DNA of 64,000 bases from Octopus bimaculoides (Eukaryota): positions 36,164,999-36,228,998 of the forward strand of contig NC_068986.1 of NCBI RefSeq assembly GCF_001194135.2. Direction: 5' to 3'. A program made the translations under genes and the position numbers. Of the stretch, positions 40,315 through 53,541 are shown piece by piece. Every line of letters starts with the position of its first letter. Positions within the stretch are counted from its first letter, which is position 1. Under the pieces are notes generated by a model that ran no database searches, was not told where the DNA came from, and worked only from the letters and a program-made list of their open reading frames with translations.

Positions 40315-40701
40315 GCACACACACACACAGAGTAAAATGTTACTCTCAAATACATTCATCTTCTGGTTGGTTGATTACGGTTTTACGCTTTATACACTCA
40401 GCGATCTCAAGGACTGTTACATCTTTTATTACCACTTGTTTTTCTTTCTGTCCTGTGCTCTTATGTTGCGTTCCCTCCCTAACTCACCCAATACACAACT
40501 TCAACAGAAATCTATGAGTTCTTAATATTAACAAATTACTTAAGCTTCACTAAATTACCTTACACTTTGTCATAACAATTCCCACGTCTTACTTCTTGAG
40601 TGTTTCAACCTATGGGTATGTGTTACACGAGTATGAATGCGCGTTAATGCGTGTGAATCGAAGAATTTGTATCCGTATACATTTGTATGTTTCCATTAGT
40701 T

Positions 40702-40706
<5 letters not shown>

Positions 40707-40782
<76 letters not shown>
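40707..40782. repeat. (CT)n(TA)n microsatellite
   Basis: Direct reading. Confidence 0.97.
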
Positions 40783-40784
<2 letters not shown>

Positions 40785-41199
40785 TGTATTTCACTCCTGT
40801 GATCTTTATCGATTCTTTCTTCATATAGGTTATTTACCTCGTTTGTGTATCATTTCTACTCATCTACTTCTTTCTATATTTTAGTAAATAGGTAATACAT
40901 AAATACAGGAAACACTTTATTCATGTATGGTATGAATAACTGTATATTTCTTGATGTATTTTACCCTTGACGTTAACAGACACAAGAAAAGTGGTCGATT
41001 CAAAAGTAGAATATAATATTTTATTTTTGTTCTTCCATTTTTCGCCTTGCTGTGGAGTTAACTCGTCTTCTATTTGGTTCCTCAAACAGAGAAAAACTAG
41101 TGAAATATTAATGAATTTCCACATTTTGACAAACCTATGCTGTCTCTGATGATGTACGTCTACAATCTAACCTGTACTATGATGCAAACAAATATTCTG

Positions 41200-41261
41200 A
41201 TATTCTGCTGATCGTACGCTAAACTTGATGCTCTAATACTCTGCTAATCGTACGCTAAACT
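41200..41261. repeat. 26-bp direct repeat, period 36
   Basis: ATATTCTGCTGATCGTACGCTAAACT (41200-25) and ATACTCTGCTAATCGTACGCTAAACT (41236-61). Confidence 0.9.
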
Positions 41262-42614
41262 AGAATCAGCCGTGCAATCAATAAACTATGATTCGACCCA
41301 TCTACAGCTCCAGAAAAGACTTGTTTTATTCCATCTTCAATTATCTTCTGTCTAATTATTTAGCTAGACGTCGGGGAATCTCCAGAAAAACGGTGGACTG
41401 GATCAGCCAATGTATATATATATGAGGAGAGAGAGAAAGAAGTGGGGACAGTTAGTGACTAGATGGTAGTACAGCATGGAATGGATAAGAAGGAAATAAG
41501 GGCTCGGACTGTTCCAATTCTTGAGCCCAAACTTCCAAATGAGGGTAGACTTGCAGTACGAAACTTGGCTCGAAGAAACGCAAAATTCAGGCAATAATAC
41601 ATAAAAGTATTTATGTGATGCTACATATATATCATATATATATTATATGATATAGATATATCTTTACAACTGGTCAACAAGTCGGTGGATGTTTGATATA
41701 ATATATTATGCAAACAGTTTTACATAATGTGACATTGTTACAAACATTTATAAGCAAACCTATTATATTAATTCGCATGAAGCATGATGCGCAAGTATTT
41801 TCATGAGAGGTACTCTGAACATCTTCTGTAGGTAGGAGTCTTGCAAATGAGGTGATAGTAAAATACTTACATTAAATAAGGGCATGAATAAAATAAACGG
41901 AAGAAGGAACGAAGACTAACGGAAAGGTGACCACAGAAGAAATAGGAAAAGAAAAGCGCGAAGAGAGTAATTTATTTATGCTCGGAAGTAGGGGAGAGAA
42001 AGGTGTGAAAGAAAAGAAAAGAACGAAAGAATGAAGGATGAACGAGAGTGAGATTTGGTCGGTGTGTGATGCTTGAATTTCAGCAAGGAAACGTTATAAA
42101 ATTACACAATGTGAAAGGTGGGTTACAGGGAGTAGATAAAAAAAAAAGAATATTACGAAGAAAGAGGAAATGACAGCAAAATATAGCCTTCTGTGTTGCA
42201 TAAAGACATAACTTGATAGTTAGTAAAGGTGCCGCGTGCATGTAAAGAAGAAGAGAGCCGCGAGAAACACACGCACGAACATATAATAGACTTATGTGTA
42301 TATATTTAAATTTGCATCTCTTTCTGTACATTGCAATAAAATTGAAGCCTAGAGTGAACTGTAGAAACTGATAATGATATGATGATATCTTTGCTCAAAA
42401 TGGGCTGACATGTGTAATCAACAAATTCCTTTTCAACAAATCTATCGCTATTTATAGATTCTTATAACCTCATCTCTCCGATTACGCTTCCTGTCTCAAA
42501 GATAGGAAATTTATAATTTTTTTGTCTTGAACATTTTATAAACTATATGGAAGAGTTTTGCTGATGGATATCATCAACACACAATGAAGCTCTAACGTTG
42601 TTCTTTCTTTTTTA

Positions 42615-42804
42615 TTATTCTTTTACTTGTTTCAGTCATTTAACTGTGGTCATGATGCAGCACCGCTTTGAAGGGTTTTAGTTAAACAAATCGACCCCAG
42701 GAATTATCTGTTTAAACCTAGAACTTATACTATCGGACCCCCCTGTTGAACCGCTAAGTTGCGGGTATAAAAACACAAAGACGCCGGTTGTCAAGCAATG
42801 ATGT

Positions 42805-42853
<49 letters not shown>

Positions 42854-43021
42854 ATATATACGACGGGCTTCTCTCCATTTCCGTGTACCAAATCTACTCA
42901 AAAGGCTTTGGTCTGCCTGAGGCTATAGTAAAGTACATTTGCCCATGGTGGAATGCAATGGGACTGAAGCCAGTACCATGTAGTTAGGAAGCAATGTTTT
43001 TACTATGCGATCACCACAGCC
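42615..43021 (-). mobile_element. SINE family C, near full length
   Basis: On +: CTTGTTTCAGTCATTT...ATCGACCCCAGG...(CA)n...ACGACGGGCTTC...GGGACTGAA. Confidence 0.88.
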
Positions 43022-44587
43022 GTGTTATTCCTAATATAGCTAATTTACGAAAAGAAATATATCAGTTATGTAAAACAAAACACGTTTTTCCCCTTCCAGA
43101 ACAGTTTATAAACAGCATCCAATACGTACTCATTTTTTAGAGTGACAGATTGTAATTGGAAAGTGAACCTGCTGGTATTTCTAACAAGTCAACTGACTGT
43201 ATAAAATCTCTCTCCATGAGAGAATATAATGAATATAAATTGCTAAACAAGAAACAGTGAAATATGCATTAAACATTGGTTCATATAAATTATTTCTACA
43301 AGATAGCCAACTCGGCACATCTTTTATTACATCAGTTAAGAAATGGAATTCCCCCTTCTTGCCAATTGATGGAAGATTCAGTAGGTAATTGTAAAAGATA
43401 AGAATATTTATATTTGACTTCATTTCATTTAGCTCGGTGACGTAAAGAAATATTTAGTCGTGAATCTATTATGGTTTTCATGCTATTATATACTACAGAA
43501 CAAACCTATAAATTTGAGCCAGCATTGCGTGAAGAAACTAATTGATTATAACCATTGGCCAATCGTAAGCCGCTGTTTTTTTTATCTATATAATTTGACT
43601 GTATATAGAAAAATATGGGATCGTCTGTACTATAAGTTCGCTTGTCATTGCAACCACATCTGCAACAGCAACTCTTAATTCTAGACCGAAATCTAAATTC
43701 ATAGACACCATTATTGAGCATTACGTTCTATAATTTTTAATTAGTTTGCTCACGCAGATCATAATGTTGATTCTTTAGTGTGTATAATAATATCAAAACG
43801 AACACTGCTAAAGTGTTAATGATTTAGTTAAGCTAACATGTTTGTCTCATTTTATTACTTCAGGTAAAGCTTTGCATCGTTTACAACATTTACCTAATGT
43901 TGTTAAAAATAAATCCGAGCAAAATGTTTATATACTTTTGGAGCATGCACGCACACACACTATATATATATACATACATACATGCATATTGAACACACAC
44001 ACACAAATATATACATATACACACGTATATACTAAGCAAATATAGATTAGAAACAAATAGCAAGCTTGATTGTTTCATAAATATATGCTGGAGACTATGC
44101 ATGACATTAAGACTATTATTTAAAGTGTGTTGCTATTTAGACCCAGAATAACTTTCTTTGAGTAAACTTATGTCTGAAAAGCAAAATCAGACGTAAGCAT
44201 CGTAAATTTTTAAGAGGCAACTAGAATAATATAATCCAACGTATGCTTACATTCCGACTAATTAAATAGAAGGAATTTGCTAGCATTTGTAATGCTAAGA
44301 CGTTGCTGATGCCTAAGGTGTCAGCAAAACTGGTGTTGGTCATAAATTCAATGTATTTAATGCATTATATATTTTATATTACATAATTACCTAAAACTGA
44401 GTGTTGATTTTATTCTCATATGTCCTTTTATAAGACAATAAACTGAAGTGGAAATACTCCATAATAGACCAACTTTTTCTTGTTCCACACAAAATTATCA
44501 AAACTTACCTTCGACGGCACATATCCACGTAGGATTTTTTAAAGTAATCTAAATATATAGGAAGACGGGCTGAAACGTTAATAGGCT

Positions 44588-44870
44588 AAGAAGGAGTGAT
44601 GTTAAAGCTGTGAAATCTTTAATCAATTACAACTCATCAATAACTGAATTGTTTTTTTTCCCCAGATAAACTGACATCCGACTGTTATCTAAAGATTTCA
44701 AATTAAATTTGTAGAGTATTCTCTTGCAAATGGACAAAATTTGGCATCGTGTTGTAACTTCAGAAAAAAAAGGTTTAACTCCCAAGGACATTCATGCTGA
44801 GGTGGTTGCTACATTAGGAGATAATGTCTCAATTTTATCAGCAGTGTAAAATTGGGCATCGTAAAAAGAG
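44588..44870 (+). mobile_element. Mariner remnant: eroded 5' TIR plus frameshifted transposase N-terminus
   Basis: ATG at 44730 gives MDKIWHRVV, then after a frameshift GLTPKDIHAEVVATLGDNVSILSAV*NWAS, typical of the mariner N-terminal HTH region. TAAGAAGGAGTGATGTTAAAG (44588) weakly mirrors the TIR at 31.7 kb. Confidence 0.7.
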
Positions 44871-45594
44871 CCAACTTTACAACGCAGTATTTCGTCTTAT
44901 AACAGATTATTACGTTGGTAAGAAGAATCTGAAAGTATCCATAGGAAATGCATGAAACTTTGGCAACACTTGTTAGGCTTTCATTAAATAGCTAAATCTA
45001 TATCTGGATACGGAGGAACATAATGACCATTTCTTGTGAAACAAACAAATGCAAAAATTATAAAACTATATAACATCAAAAACAATATCAAATTGAAAGA
45101 AATAAACGAAGACTTACTTTATATTTTCATGCTCTTTAGGAAATGTAAATGCTTCCTCGTCGGCTTGTTTGTCTAGTTTACTTATATATCTTTCTTCTGA
45201 TTTCTTCTTACCTCTCCGTTGCTTTAGAGGTGACTGAGGCCTCGCAGCCGCTCCTAATACATCTCCCATACTTCGACGAAAATCCGCCATTGTAGCAAGA
45301 GGTATTTTAAAACAACCTGAAAATTAAATAAAACACTCAACTAAATTGGATATCAATAAGTTACCGTGTTATATTTACATAACAAACTGAAAATGATCTC
45401 TCGGTTTCTGTTCTTGCGTGTATCCACAATAGAATTAGATTTTCACAAAAGCAACACACTTTGAAGCGGGGCTTAGCTTTATGGATAATGTGTGTAATAT
45501 ACATACATCCATTTGTGGAGTAAATTTTTCATTGCATAACCATGCTTATGAGAGATTTTTTCTACAATGGTACACTGTTTCTTATTTCGATATT

Positions 45595-45814
45595 GCCCAC
45601 AAGGGGCTAAACATAGAGGGGACAAACAAGGACAAACAAAGGGATTTAGTCGATCAAATCGACCCCAGTGCGTAACTGGTACTTAATTTATCGACCCTGA
45701 AAAGATCAAAGGTAAAGTCGACCTCGGCGGAATTTGAACTCAGAACGTAGCAGCAGACGAAATACCACTAAGCATTTCGCCCGGCGTGATAACGTTTCTG
45801 CCAGCAAGCCACCT
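45595..45814 (-). mobile_element. SINE family A head/body with an alternative 3' tail
   Basis: Family A head and body at 45646-45814. Tail ATCCCTTTGTTTGTCCTTGTTTGTCCCCTCTATGTTTAGCCCCTTGTGGGC is unlike the GGCCCC...AAAATTTCGGGCC tail of the other copies. Confidence 0.9.
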
Positions 45815-46384
45815 TTCTGGATTTTGAAGCAAATAATTCAGGAACATTCACAAATTTGAAATACTCAGCAAAATTATAGATACGACAACTATATTCTCCG
45901 TTTAAATTATTTATTTCTATGAAGATAAAAGCAACTAAAGTTATTTTTCTAACCTGTTATATTTGACAGGCGTAATGAGTTGGTAAAACCTATGAGTCAC
46001 GCATGTTGTGAATATTTTATGAGACGATTTTCTCATATTATACCTCCATGTTTAGATCTTCTGAATTCGCACACTATGATATCAAGAGCCATGTAATGAA
46101 TCTGATACAATACTGTTTCTCAGCAAAAAAAAGGTAATCCTTGCAAGCAAACAAAATGTAAAACCGTATTAGACTGTCATGCTCTTACAAAGATTATACA
46201 GATATAGTCTAGGTTTAACATAGAGCAAATACGAACTAAAACATACGCTAGAATATCATTGGTTGGTAAAAATGAAAAACTGTTTTATGCTGAAGATTTA
46301 GCACCCTTTCAATGAATCATCATGTGGAATATCGTACGATGCGATGACGGCTACAAAATGGTAGCTATATTCAACTGTGTGAGC

Positions 46385-46556
46385 AAGGCGGTCAGCTGCC
46401 AGAAACATTAGCACGCCAGGCGAAATGCTTAGTCTGTCTTTAAGTTCAAATTCCACCGAGGTTAACTTTGCCTTTCACCCTTTCGGGATCGATAAATTAA
46501 GTACCATTTGTGTACTGAGGTCGATATAATCGAGTGGCCCCCTCCCAAAAATTTAA
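46385..46556 (+). mobile_element. SINE family A, two internal deletions, 3' end lost
   Basis: AAGGCGGTCAGCTGCCAGAAACATTAGCACGCC...AGTTCAAATTCCACCGAGG...GATCGATAAATTAAGTACC...GGCCCCCTCCCAAAAATTT. Confidence 0.9.
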
Positions 46557-46950
46557 CTGTGCGAGCGCATACAGACAAATAAACAAACACAGACACACAC
46601 ATACAAAGAAACACATAGACACACATATCAAACAGTTGAAGCATGTAACATAATACAATAACGTGTCCTCTTGAAAATCTCTTATGGCTTTTGAACGAAA
46701 TAATGCAGGACCATTCCAAAATTTGAAACGTTCAACACAGTTATTGATACCGCAAATATATTCCCGTTTATAGTATTTATTTTTATGAAAACAAAAGGAA
46801 TGAAAATTATTTTTTATCTTTGTAGGATAACTTATTCCCAACAGGCGTAAAATGTCTAAACACAACGGAGAAACGTAAGTTTGAACAAATGAAATCAAGT
46901 TTATCCTAATTTATCTCATCAGCATACATATATATATATATATATATATA

Positions 46951-47518
46951 NNNNNNNNNNNNNNNNNNNNNNNNNNNNNNNNNNNNNNNNNNNNNNNNNN
47001 NNNNNNNNNNNNNNNNNNNNNNNNNNNNNNNNNNNNNNNNNNNNNNNNNNNNNNNNNNNNNNNNNNNNNNNNNNNNNNNNNNNNNNNNNNNNNNNNNNNN
47101 NNNNNNNNNNNNNNNNNNNNNNNNNNNNNNNNNNNNNNNNNNNNNNNNNNNNNNNNNNNNNNNNNNNNNNNNNNNNNNNNNNNNNNNNNNNNNNNNNNNN
47201 NNNNNNNNNNNNNNNNNNNNNNNNNNNNNNNNNNNNNNNNNNNNNNNNNNNNNNNNNNNNNNNNNNNNNNNNNNNNNNNNNNNNNNNNNNNNNNNNNNNN
47301 NNNNNNNNNNNNNNNNNNNNNNNNNNNNNNNNNNNNNNNNNNNNNNNNNNNNNNNNNNNNNNNNNNNNNNNNNNNNNNNNNNNNNNNNNNNNNNNNNNNN
47401 NNNNNNNNNNNNNNNNNNNNNNNNNNNNNNNNNNNNNNNNNNNNNNNNNNNNNNNNNNNNNNNNNNNNNNNNNNNNNNNNNNNNNNNNNNNNNNNNNNNN
47501 NNNNNNNNNNNNNNNNNN
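46951..47518. other. Assembly gap (N)
   Basis: 568 N; (TA)n on the left edge. Confidence 1.
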
Positions 47519-47811
47519 ATAATGTACAATGAGTTTGCACATTAATTACGTTCTTACATTCTATCTAACTTTTGGATACGTCTGCAGGTAACAATTTAGA
47601 ATAACTCATATTTACATGACACCTATAGACGAACAAACATTTCTGTACATCTGTTTTTCACACTAGCCAATCAAATTATTTACATTTTTTTGCTTCTTTC
47701 GACTTTTTCCATGAAAAGTATTTTTATTTTTAATCAAAATTTCTCCACGGTATTATTCCTAGATTTATTTACTTCGAACTCGACACTTAAAGAGAATTTA
47801 CATATGTATAT

Positions 47812-47948
47812 ATGTACGTACGTATGTATGTATGTATGTATGTATGTATGTATGTATGTATGTATGTATGTATGCATGCATGCATGCATGTATGTATGTA
47901 TGTATGTATGTATGTATGTACGTACGTATGCATGTATGTATGTATGTG
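47812..47948. repeat. (ATGT)n tetranucleotide repeat
   Basis: Direct reading. Confidence 0.95.
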
Positions 47949-48079
47949 TGTATCGTACATATCATGTCTTAATTTAAACCAAATACCTACTGCCCCAATG
48001 TCTTAAGAAGAATGAAGTTTGCATTATACATTTGGCCCAGAAATGTTTAAGGAAAACTTCCTTCTCAGAGGTCCTGAAA

Positions 48080-48111
<32 letters not shown>

Positions 48112-48467
48112 CATGTGTGTGCATGTATGTATGAACGTACATAAAGCAATTGCTTCCACCGCTAGAAGATATCTCGTCAAGAACTTCCAATTCTATTATA
48201 TTTCAATGCATTGAAACATATTAAATAGAAACTTGGTCGAAAGCAATTTGATCGGTAGAAATGGCGACCAGTGGATTCATGCAAATTTCGGAATCAGTTT
48301 ACGTTTGATAGGTATCGGAAATCAATACAGTGAGTGCACACCATATTAAAATATGCCATATTGCTTCGTTCGAATCTCATTGAAACAACGCAATGAGTTT
48401 GTGCATTAACTGCACTTTGGTCCGTGCTCTGTGTGTGTGCGTGCGTGTGCGCGTGTGTGCATGCGTG

Positions 48468-48505
<38 letters not shown>

Positions 48506-50092
48506 CGTGCGATGCATTTAATGTCATTCTATATATTTAGTTAGTCATGGTATACGTTGTTAATAGAACAAAGTTATATTTAGTAAGTCTTTACCAGAAT
48601 TTTAGATATATGTAAAATACAATTTATTATTCCATTCGCTACGCTTACAAGTGTTATAAAGTATTGGACCTAAACGAACTTTCAAATGATGTTGATGACA
48701 CAACAATACGCACAGCATAACTTTATGTCAAATCTCATTATAATTATTCTCAGACACCTTCAATGTGTTTGTTTTGTTTTTATTCCATTTTTGAAATTGT
48801 TTTCAAAACAAATGCTTTCACTCGTCTAGCTCAAATATCCAGATGCCCAATAAGACATGGAACATAGTCGATATGCCAGTCTGAGATAGTGAATGGGTTA
48901 ATGTAACTCAAATGAATCTTGAATCTCTATTATAAGCAATAATACTTGGTATACTGCGCAGACCATAGTATATGTCTTGATTTGATTAACTGGAGAAACG
49001 GAAAAGAAAATTCGGCGTCCAAGCACTTTGCACAAGCTCTCACTAATTCTGTTTCCATCTGTGTCGTTTACGATTGGTAAGACAACATTTAAGAGACACT
49101 TCAAATTTTACTCTTACTGTTGAAAATGTCACAGCGGCTTCAGTTTAATATCCTTTGAAATATGTAGCACATTTATTTGAGAAAATTCAACCGTAACAAA
49201 GATGCATTGATTTAATTTTAGTGTCAACTAATGTATTATCGGAACGGCAGTATTTCTTGGAAATGCTAAGTGGTACGGAGAGTTAGTTAAATTGGTTTTT
49301 GATGGTGACTGTATGCGGAAGATATGTTAAGGTAGGTGTGACAATACGGAAGGGGATTCATAGATAAATGAAATTAGATAACATTACTAAATGAGGTAGA
49401 CTTTGAAATGGCAAACATAGATGGTTGGTGGTAACAGTTTGGTAAACCGTGTTCTATAGAAAAATAAAGGCATCCGAAAATATTGCAACAACTAAAGTGG
49501 ATGAAAAAAAAAAGGAGATTAGAGTAAAATGTATAAGTAGTAACAGAAAAGCTGCGAAATAAACTTTACTATCATATGTAGATAGTGAAACTAAGCGGAA
49601 TAACCGAATAAATACAGAGTAAGTTAGAGCAATGGAAGTGAGTAGATGGGCATATAGCAGGTAGGGATGGGGAAATGAGATATGAATAAGTAGATAGGGA
49701 ATGGTAATTGAATGAGTTGGTGGCCATAAAATTCCAGGTGAATATTTTAAATTGCAATGGTTTGGTATGCAAACTGACGACACCAACATATATCAGTTTT
49801 AGAACTATATACAATTTCACTCTCAATGTGGCTGCCCTTGTTTTTCACATGTTTATTAGTGTCTTTCTAGTTTACTTGTTCCTGATGAATATTGTGGTTA
49901 TTCTGAAAATATTTTATTGTTTCTCTAGCAAGAGTCAGGTCCATATTGCAGGATTTAGATATTCAAATAAACACTTATAACCCCGGGATATTTTTTATAG
50001 AATCATGATTATTCCTTTTAATTGTTCTAAAACACTCTCAGCACAAACAGGGAAAAGAGACATGAGAGGCAGATGGACATTACATCAGTGTG

Positions 50093-50123
<31 letters not shown>

Positions 50124-50127
50124 ATAT

Positions 50128-50495
50128 NNNNNNNNNNNNNNNNNNNNNNNNNNNNNNNNNNNNNNNNNNNNNNNNNNNNNNNNNNNNNNNNNNNNNNNNN
50201 NNNNNNNNNNNNNNNNNNNNNNNNNNNNNNNNNNNNNNNNNNNNNNNNNNNNNNNNNNNNNNNNNNNNNNNNNNNNNNNNNNNNNNNNNNNNNNNNNNNN
50301 NNNNNNNNNNNNNNNNNNNNNNNNNNNNNNNNNNNNNNNNNNNNNNNNNNNNNNNNNNNNNNNNNNNNNNNNNNNNNNNNNNNNNNNNNNNNNNNNNNNN
50401 NNNNNNNNNNNNNNNNNNNNNNNNNNNNNNNNNNNNNNNNNNNNNNNNNNNNNNNNNNNNNNNNNNNNNNNNNNNNNNNNNNNNNNNNNNNNNNN
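50128..50495. other. Assembly gap (N)
   Basis: 368 N; (TA)n on the left edge. Confidence 1.
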
Positions 50496-50514
50496 CTACT
50501 AGACAAACGGATAA

Positions 50515-50515
<1 letters not shown>

Positions 50516-50568
<53 letters not shown>
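50516..50568. repeat. (AGAT)n tetranucleotide repeat
   Basis: Direct reading. Confidence 0.95.
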
Positions 50569-50569
<1 letters not shown>

Positions 50570-51230
50570 TGGAGGAGGGAGGAGAGGTAGGTAAATAGAT
50601 AAGTACATAGAAAGTATATAGATAAATGGACAGAATAATTATGAAGATCGTTCCAAAGTCATTTTACGCTGAAGTTTAGACAACGTGCTGCTGCTTCGTC
50701 AAATAAGTGAGCCCAATTTGAATTGTCCGAACATATGACTGCACACCGTGGAGGCTCCGGAATAACAGACCACTGAATCAGCACAAACAATAAACCTACT
50801 CTGTAATTATCTCCCCTAATGAAACCAAATGATAATATTACAGCCACACATTGATTCGGGATTTAACTTACCGTTAGGTATCAGCGTAGGTTACAAATTT
50901 GAAAATAATATTAATCGTATCTGATTTATCACAATGTCTAGCTTAGATATTGCTTAGTAATCTACGCTGCTCATTACTACCATTATGTAAGCCAATTGGC
51001 CGGCAAATGATCTTCAAAAGTCCAATTATGATATATATATGTATATGTGTGAGTTGTATATATATAACTACAACTTTTATAACTTAGTTTGAATAGTAAT
51101 AAGGGGAAGAATAATGATGACAGTGATGATGATAATGATGACGACGAAGAGAGTAATAAGATCGATAATATTCCTATATAGGTACATATGACAAATGTTT
51201 TATATACCTCTATGTAAGTATATATACATA

Positions 51231-51270
<40 letters not shown>

Positions 51271-51274
51271 TACA

Positions 51275-51610
51275 NNNNNNNNNNNNNNNNNNNNNNNNNN
51301 NNNNNNNNNNNNNNNNNNNNNNNNNNNNNNNNNNNNNNNNNNNNNNNNNNNNNNNNNNNNNNNNNNNNNNNNNNNNNNNNNNNNNNNNNNNNNNNNNNNN
51401 NNNNNNNNNNNNNNNNNNNNNNNNNNNNNNNNNNNNNNNNNNNNNNNNNNNNNNNNNNNNNNNNNNNNNNNNNNNNNNNNNNNNNNNNNNNNNNNNNNNN
51501 NNNNNNNNNNNNNNNNNNNNNNNNNNNNNNNNNNNNNNNNNNNNNNNNNNNNNNNNNNNNNNNNNNNNNNNNNNNNNNNNNNNNNNNNNNNNNNNNNNNN
51601 NNNNNNNNNN
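51275..51610. other. Assembly gap (N)
   Basis: 336 N; (TA)n edges. Confidence 1.
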
Positions 51611-51641
<31 letters not shown>

Positions 51642-52104
51642 TGTATATGCATGTATGTATGTATGTATGTATGTATACACTTACACTCACCCATTTATGT
51701 ATGTATGTTTGTACATACATAGTATGAAATTCAGTGGTCATACACTTAATCTACTTGGTAATGGCAATGTAATATTTTGCCATTTAATTTCCGAGATTTC
51801 TATTCTGCAATTCTCTGGTCTGATATTGAAATATCGGTAGACGTTTTGGCTTAGAAATAATGACATAATTAGTAGAATACACATTACAGCGACTGCGGAC
51901 TCGCCAATCACAAGGTATTTATATGGAAACATATAAACTCACATACATATTTACATACACTCATTCATATATATGCATATATGTATGTGTGTGTATTAAC
52001 TATTGTTAATATATTTATAGTTATTGACGTACATTTGGCAAAATATTAATTAGAATTACATAATGTTCATTTCTCTATAAGTGGAGTGACTTCGAGTATT
52101 TGTT

Positions 52105-52215
52105 CATGGCATTTGCTTTTTGTCCCATCCGGGGTCGATAAAATACTGTACAGGTGTATCACTGAGATCACCATGATCAGCGAAACACCACTTAAAATAT
52201 TACTGGTCTTTTGAC
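52105..52215 (+). mobile_element. Degenerate family A-like fragment
   Basis: TTTGCTTTTTGTCCCATCCGGGGTCGATAAAAT resembles the family A central block; the rest is highly diverged. Confidence 0.4.
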
Positions 52216-52312
52216 TAATTACGAAAATGATACTAGTTTCTGTTTTACGTGCAAATACGCACGTTTATACATACGTACATATAAGCATGTTTGCATGCAT
52301 ACATCTTTTATT

Positions 52313-52757
52313 TTTTATCTTTTAACTTGTTTCAGTCATTTGACTGTAGCCATGCTGGGATACCATGCTGAGGAGTTTTAGTCAAAGAAATCGAACTCCA
52401 GACTTTTTTCTCTTTAGCCTCGTGTTTATTCTAATGGATTCTCTTTTTCCCTGAAAAGCTAAGTTACGGGGACGTAAACCCTCAGGTGAGTAACAAGTTG
52501 TGGTGGTGGTATTGGTGGTGGGGTTAAACACACACATAAAGACACACACACACACATAAAGACAAACACACACACATAGACAGACATACACACACACACA
52601 CAGATACACACACACACACAAAACAGGATTCTGTCAGTTTTCGTCTACCAAATCCACTCAGAAAGCCTTGGTTGACCCAAGTCTGTCACAGAAGAACAAC
52701 GTGCCACGCAGTGGGACTGAACTCAGAACCATGTGATTAGGAGGCAAACTTCTTAGA
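52313..52757 (-). mobile_element. SINE family C
   Basis: On +: CTTGTTTCAGTCATTTGACTG...GCTAAGTTACGGGGACGTAAAC...(CA)-rich...CGTCTACCAAATCCACTC...GTGGGACTGAAC. Confidence 0.88.
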
Positions 52758-53279
52758 TATTGATACGTATCTTTGTAAGTGAAATAAGAATGAGCAAAGA
52801 GAAATAACTCAAAATGACCAGTGTCGTGTATTCGAAGATAAAATAATGAATAAAGATTAAATAACACAGAAGCTATATTCTTGATTTTTTAAAACTCTTT
52901 GTTTCTAGAAAGTTGAGACGTTGTAAGCGTTAATCTCAACATAAAATGATAAGCGGAGGTAATCTCAAAAATAAAGAATTCCTCTAGAATTGATATTTAA
53001 TAAAGAAAAACGATGAGAGGACAGTTGTATACACATGTTTCTGCATTAATAGGCATTACTGGCGGTTGGGTTTGCTTATCTTCAGCAGAGAAGAAATTTA
53101 AATTCATAGAAAATGAGTCGTGCACAGACTGGCAAACAACAAATCTTTGAGCAAAATGATGAATAATAAGTTTATTTAAAATTAAAAAAACTAACACACA
53201 CACACAACACATACCACTGATACGCACATGTGTGTTGAATGTGTGTTGTGTGTATATGTATATATATATATATATATAT

Positions 53280-53497
53280 NNNNNNNNNNNNNNNNNNNNN
53301 NNNNNNNNNNNNNNNNNNNNNNNNNNNNNNNNNNNNNNNNNNNNNNNNNNNNNNNNNNNNNNNNNNNNNNNNNNNNNNNNNNNNNNNNNNNNNNNNNNNN
53401 NNNNNNNNNNNNNNNNNNNNNNNNNNNNNNNNNNNNNNNNNNNNNNNNNNNNNNNNNNNNNNNNNNNNNNNNNNNNNNNNNNNNNNNNNNNNNNNNN
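53280..53497. other. Assembly gap (N)
   Basis: 218 N; (TA)n edges. Confidence 1.
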
Positions 53498-53541
53498 TGT
53501 ATATATATATATATATATTATTTATTTATATATATATACAT

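Noticed and set aside
41532-41575. cttc-CAAATGA...GAAAC...TC-gaag hammerhead-like string
   Set aside because: Two core mismatches and an unpaired stem III; cannot be separated from chance.
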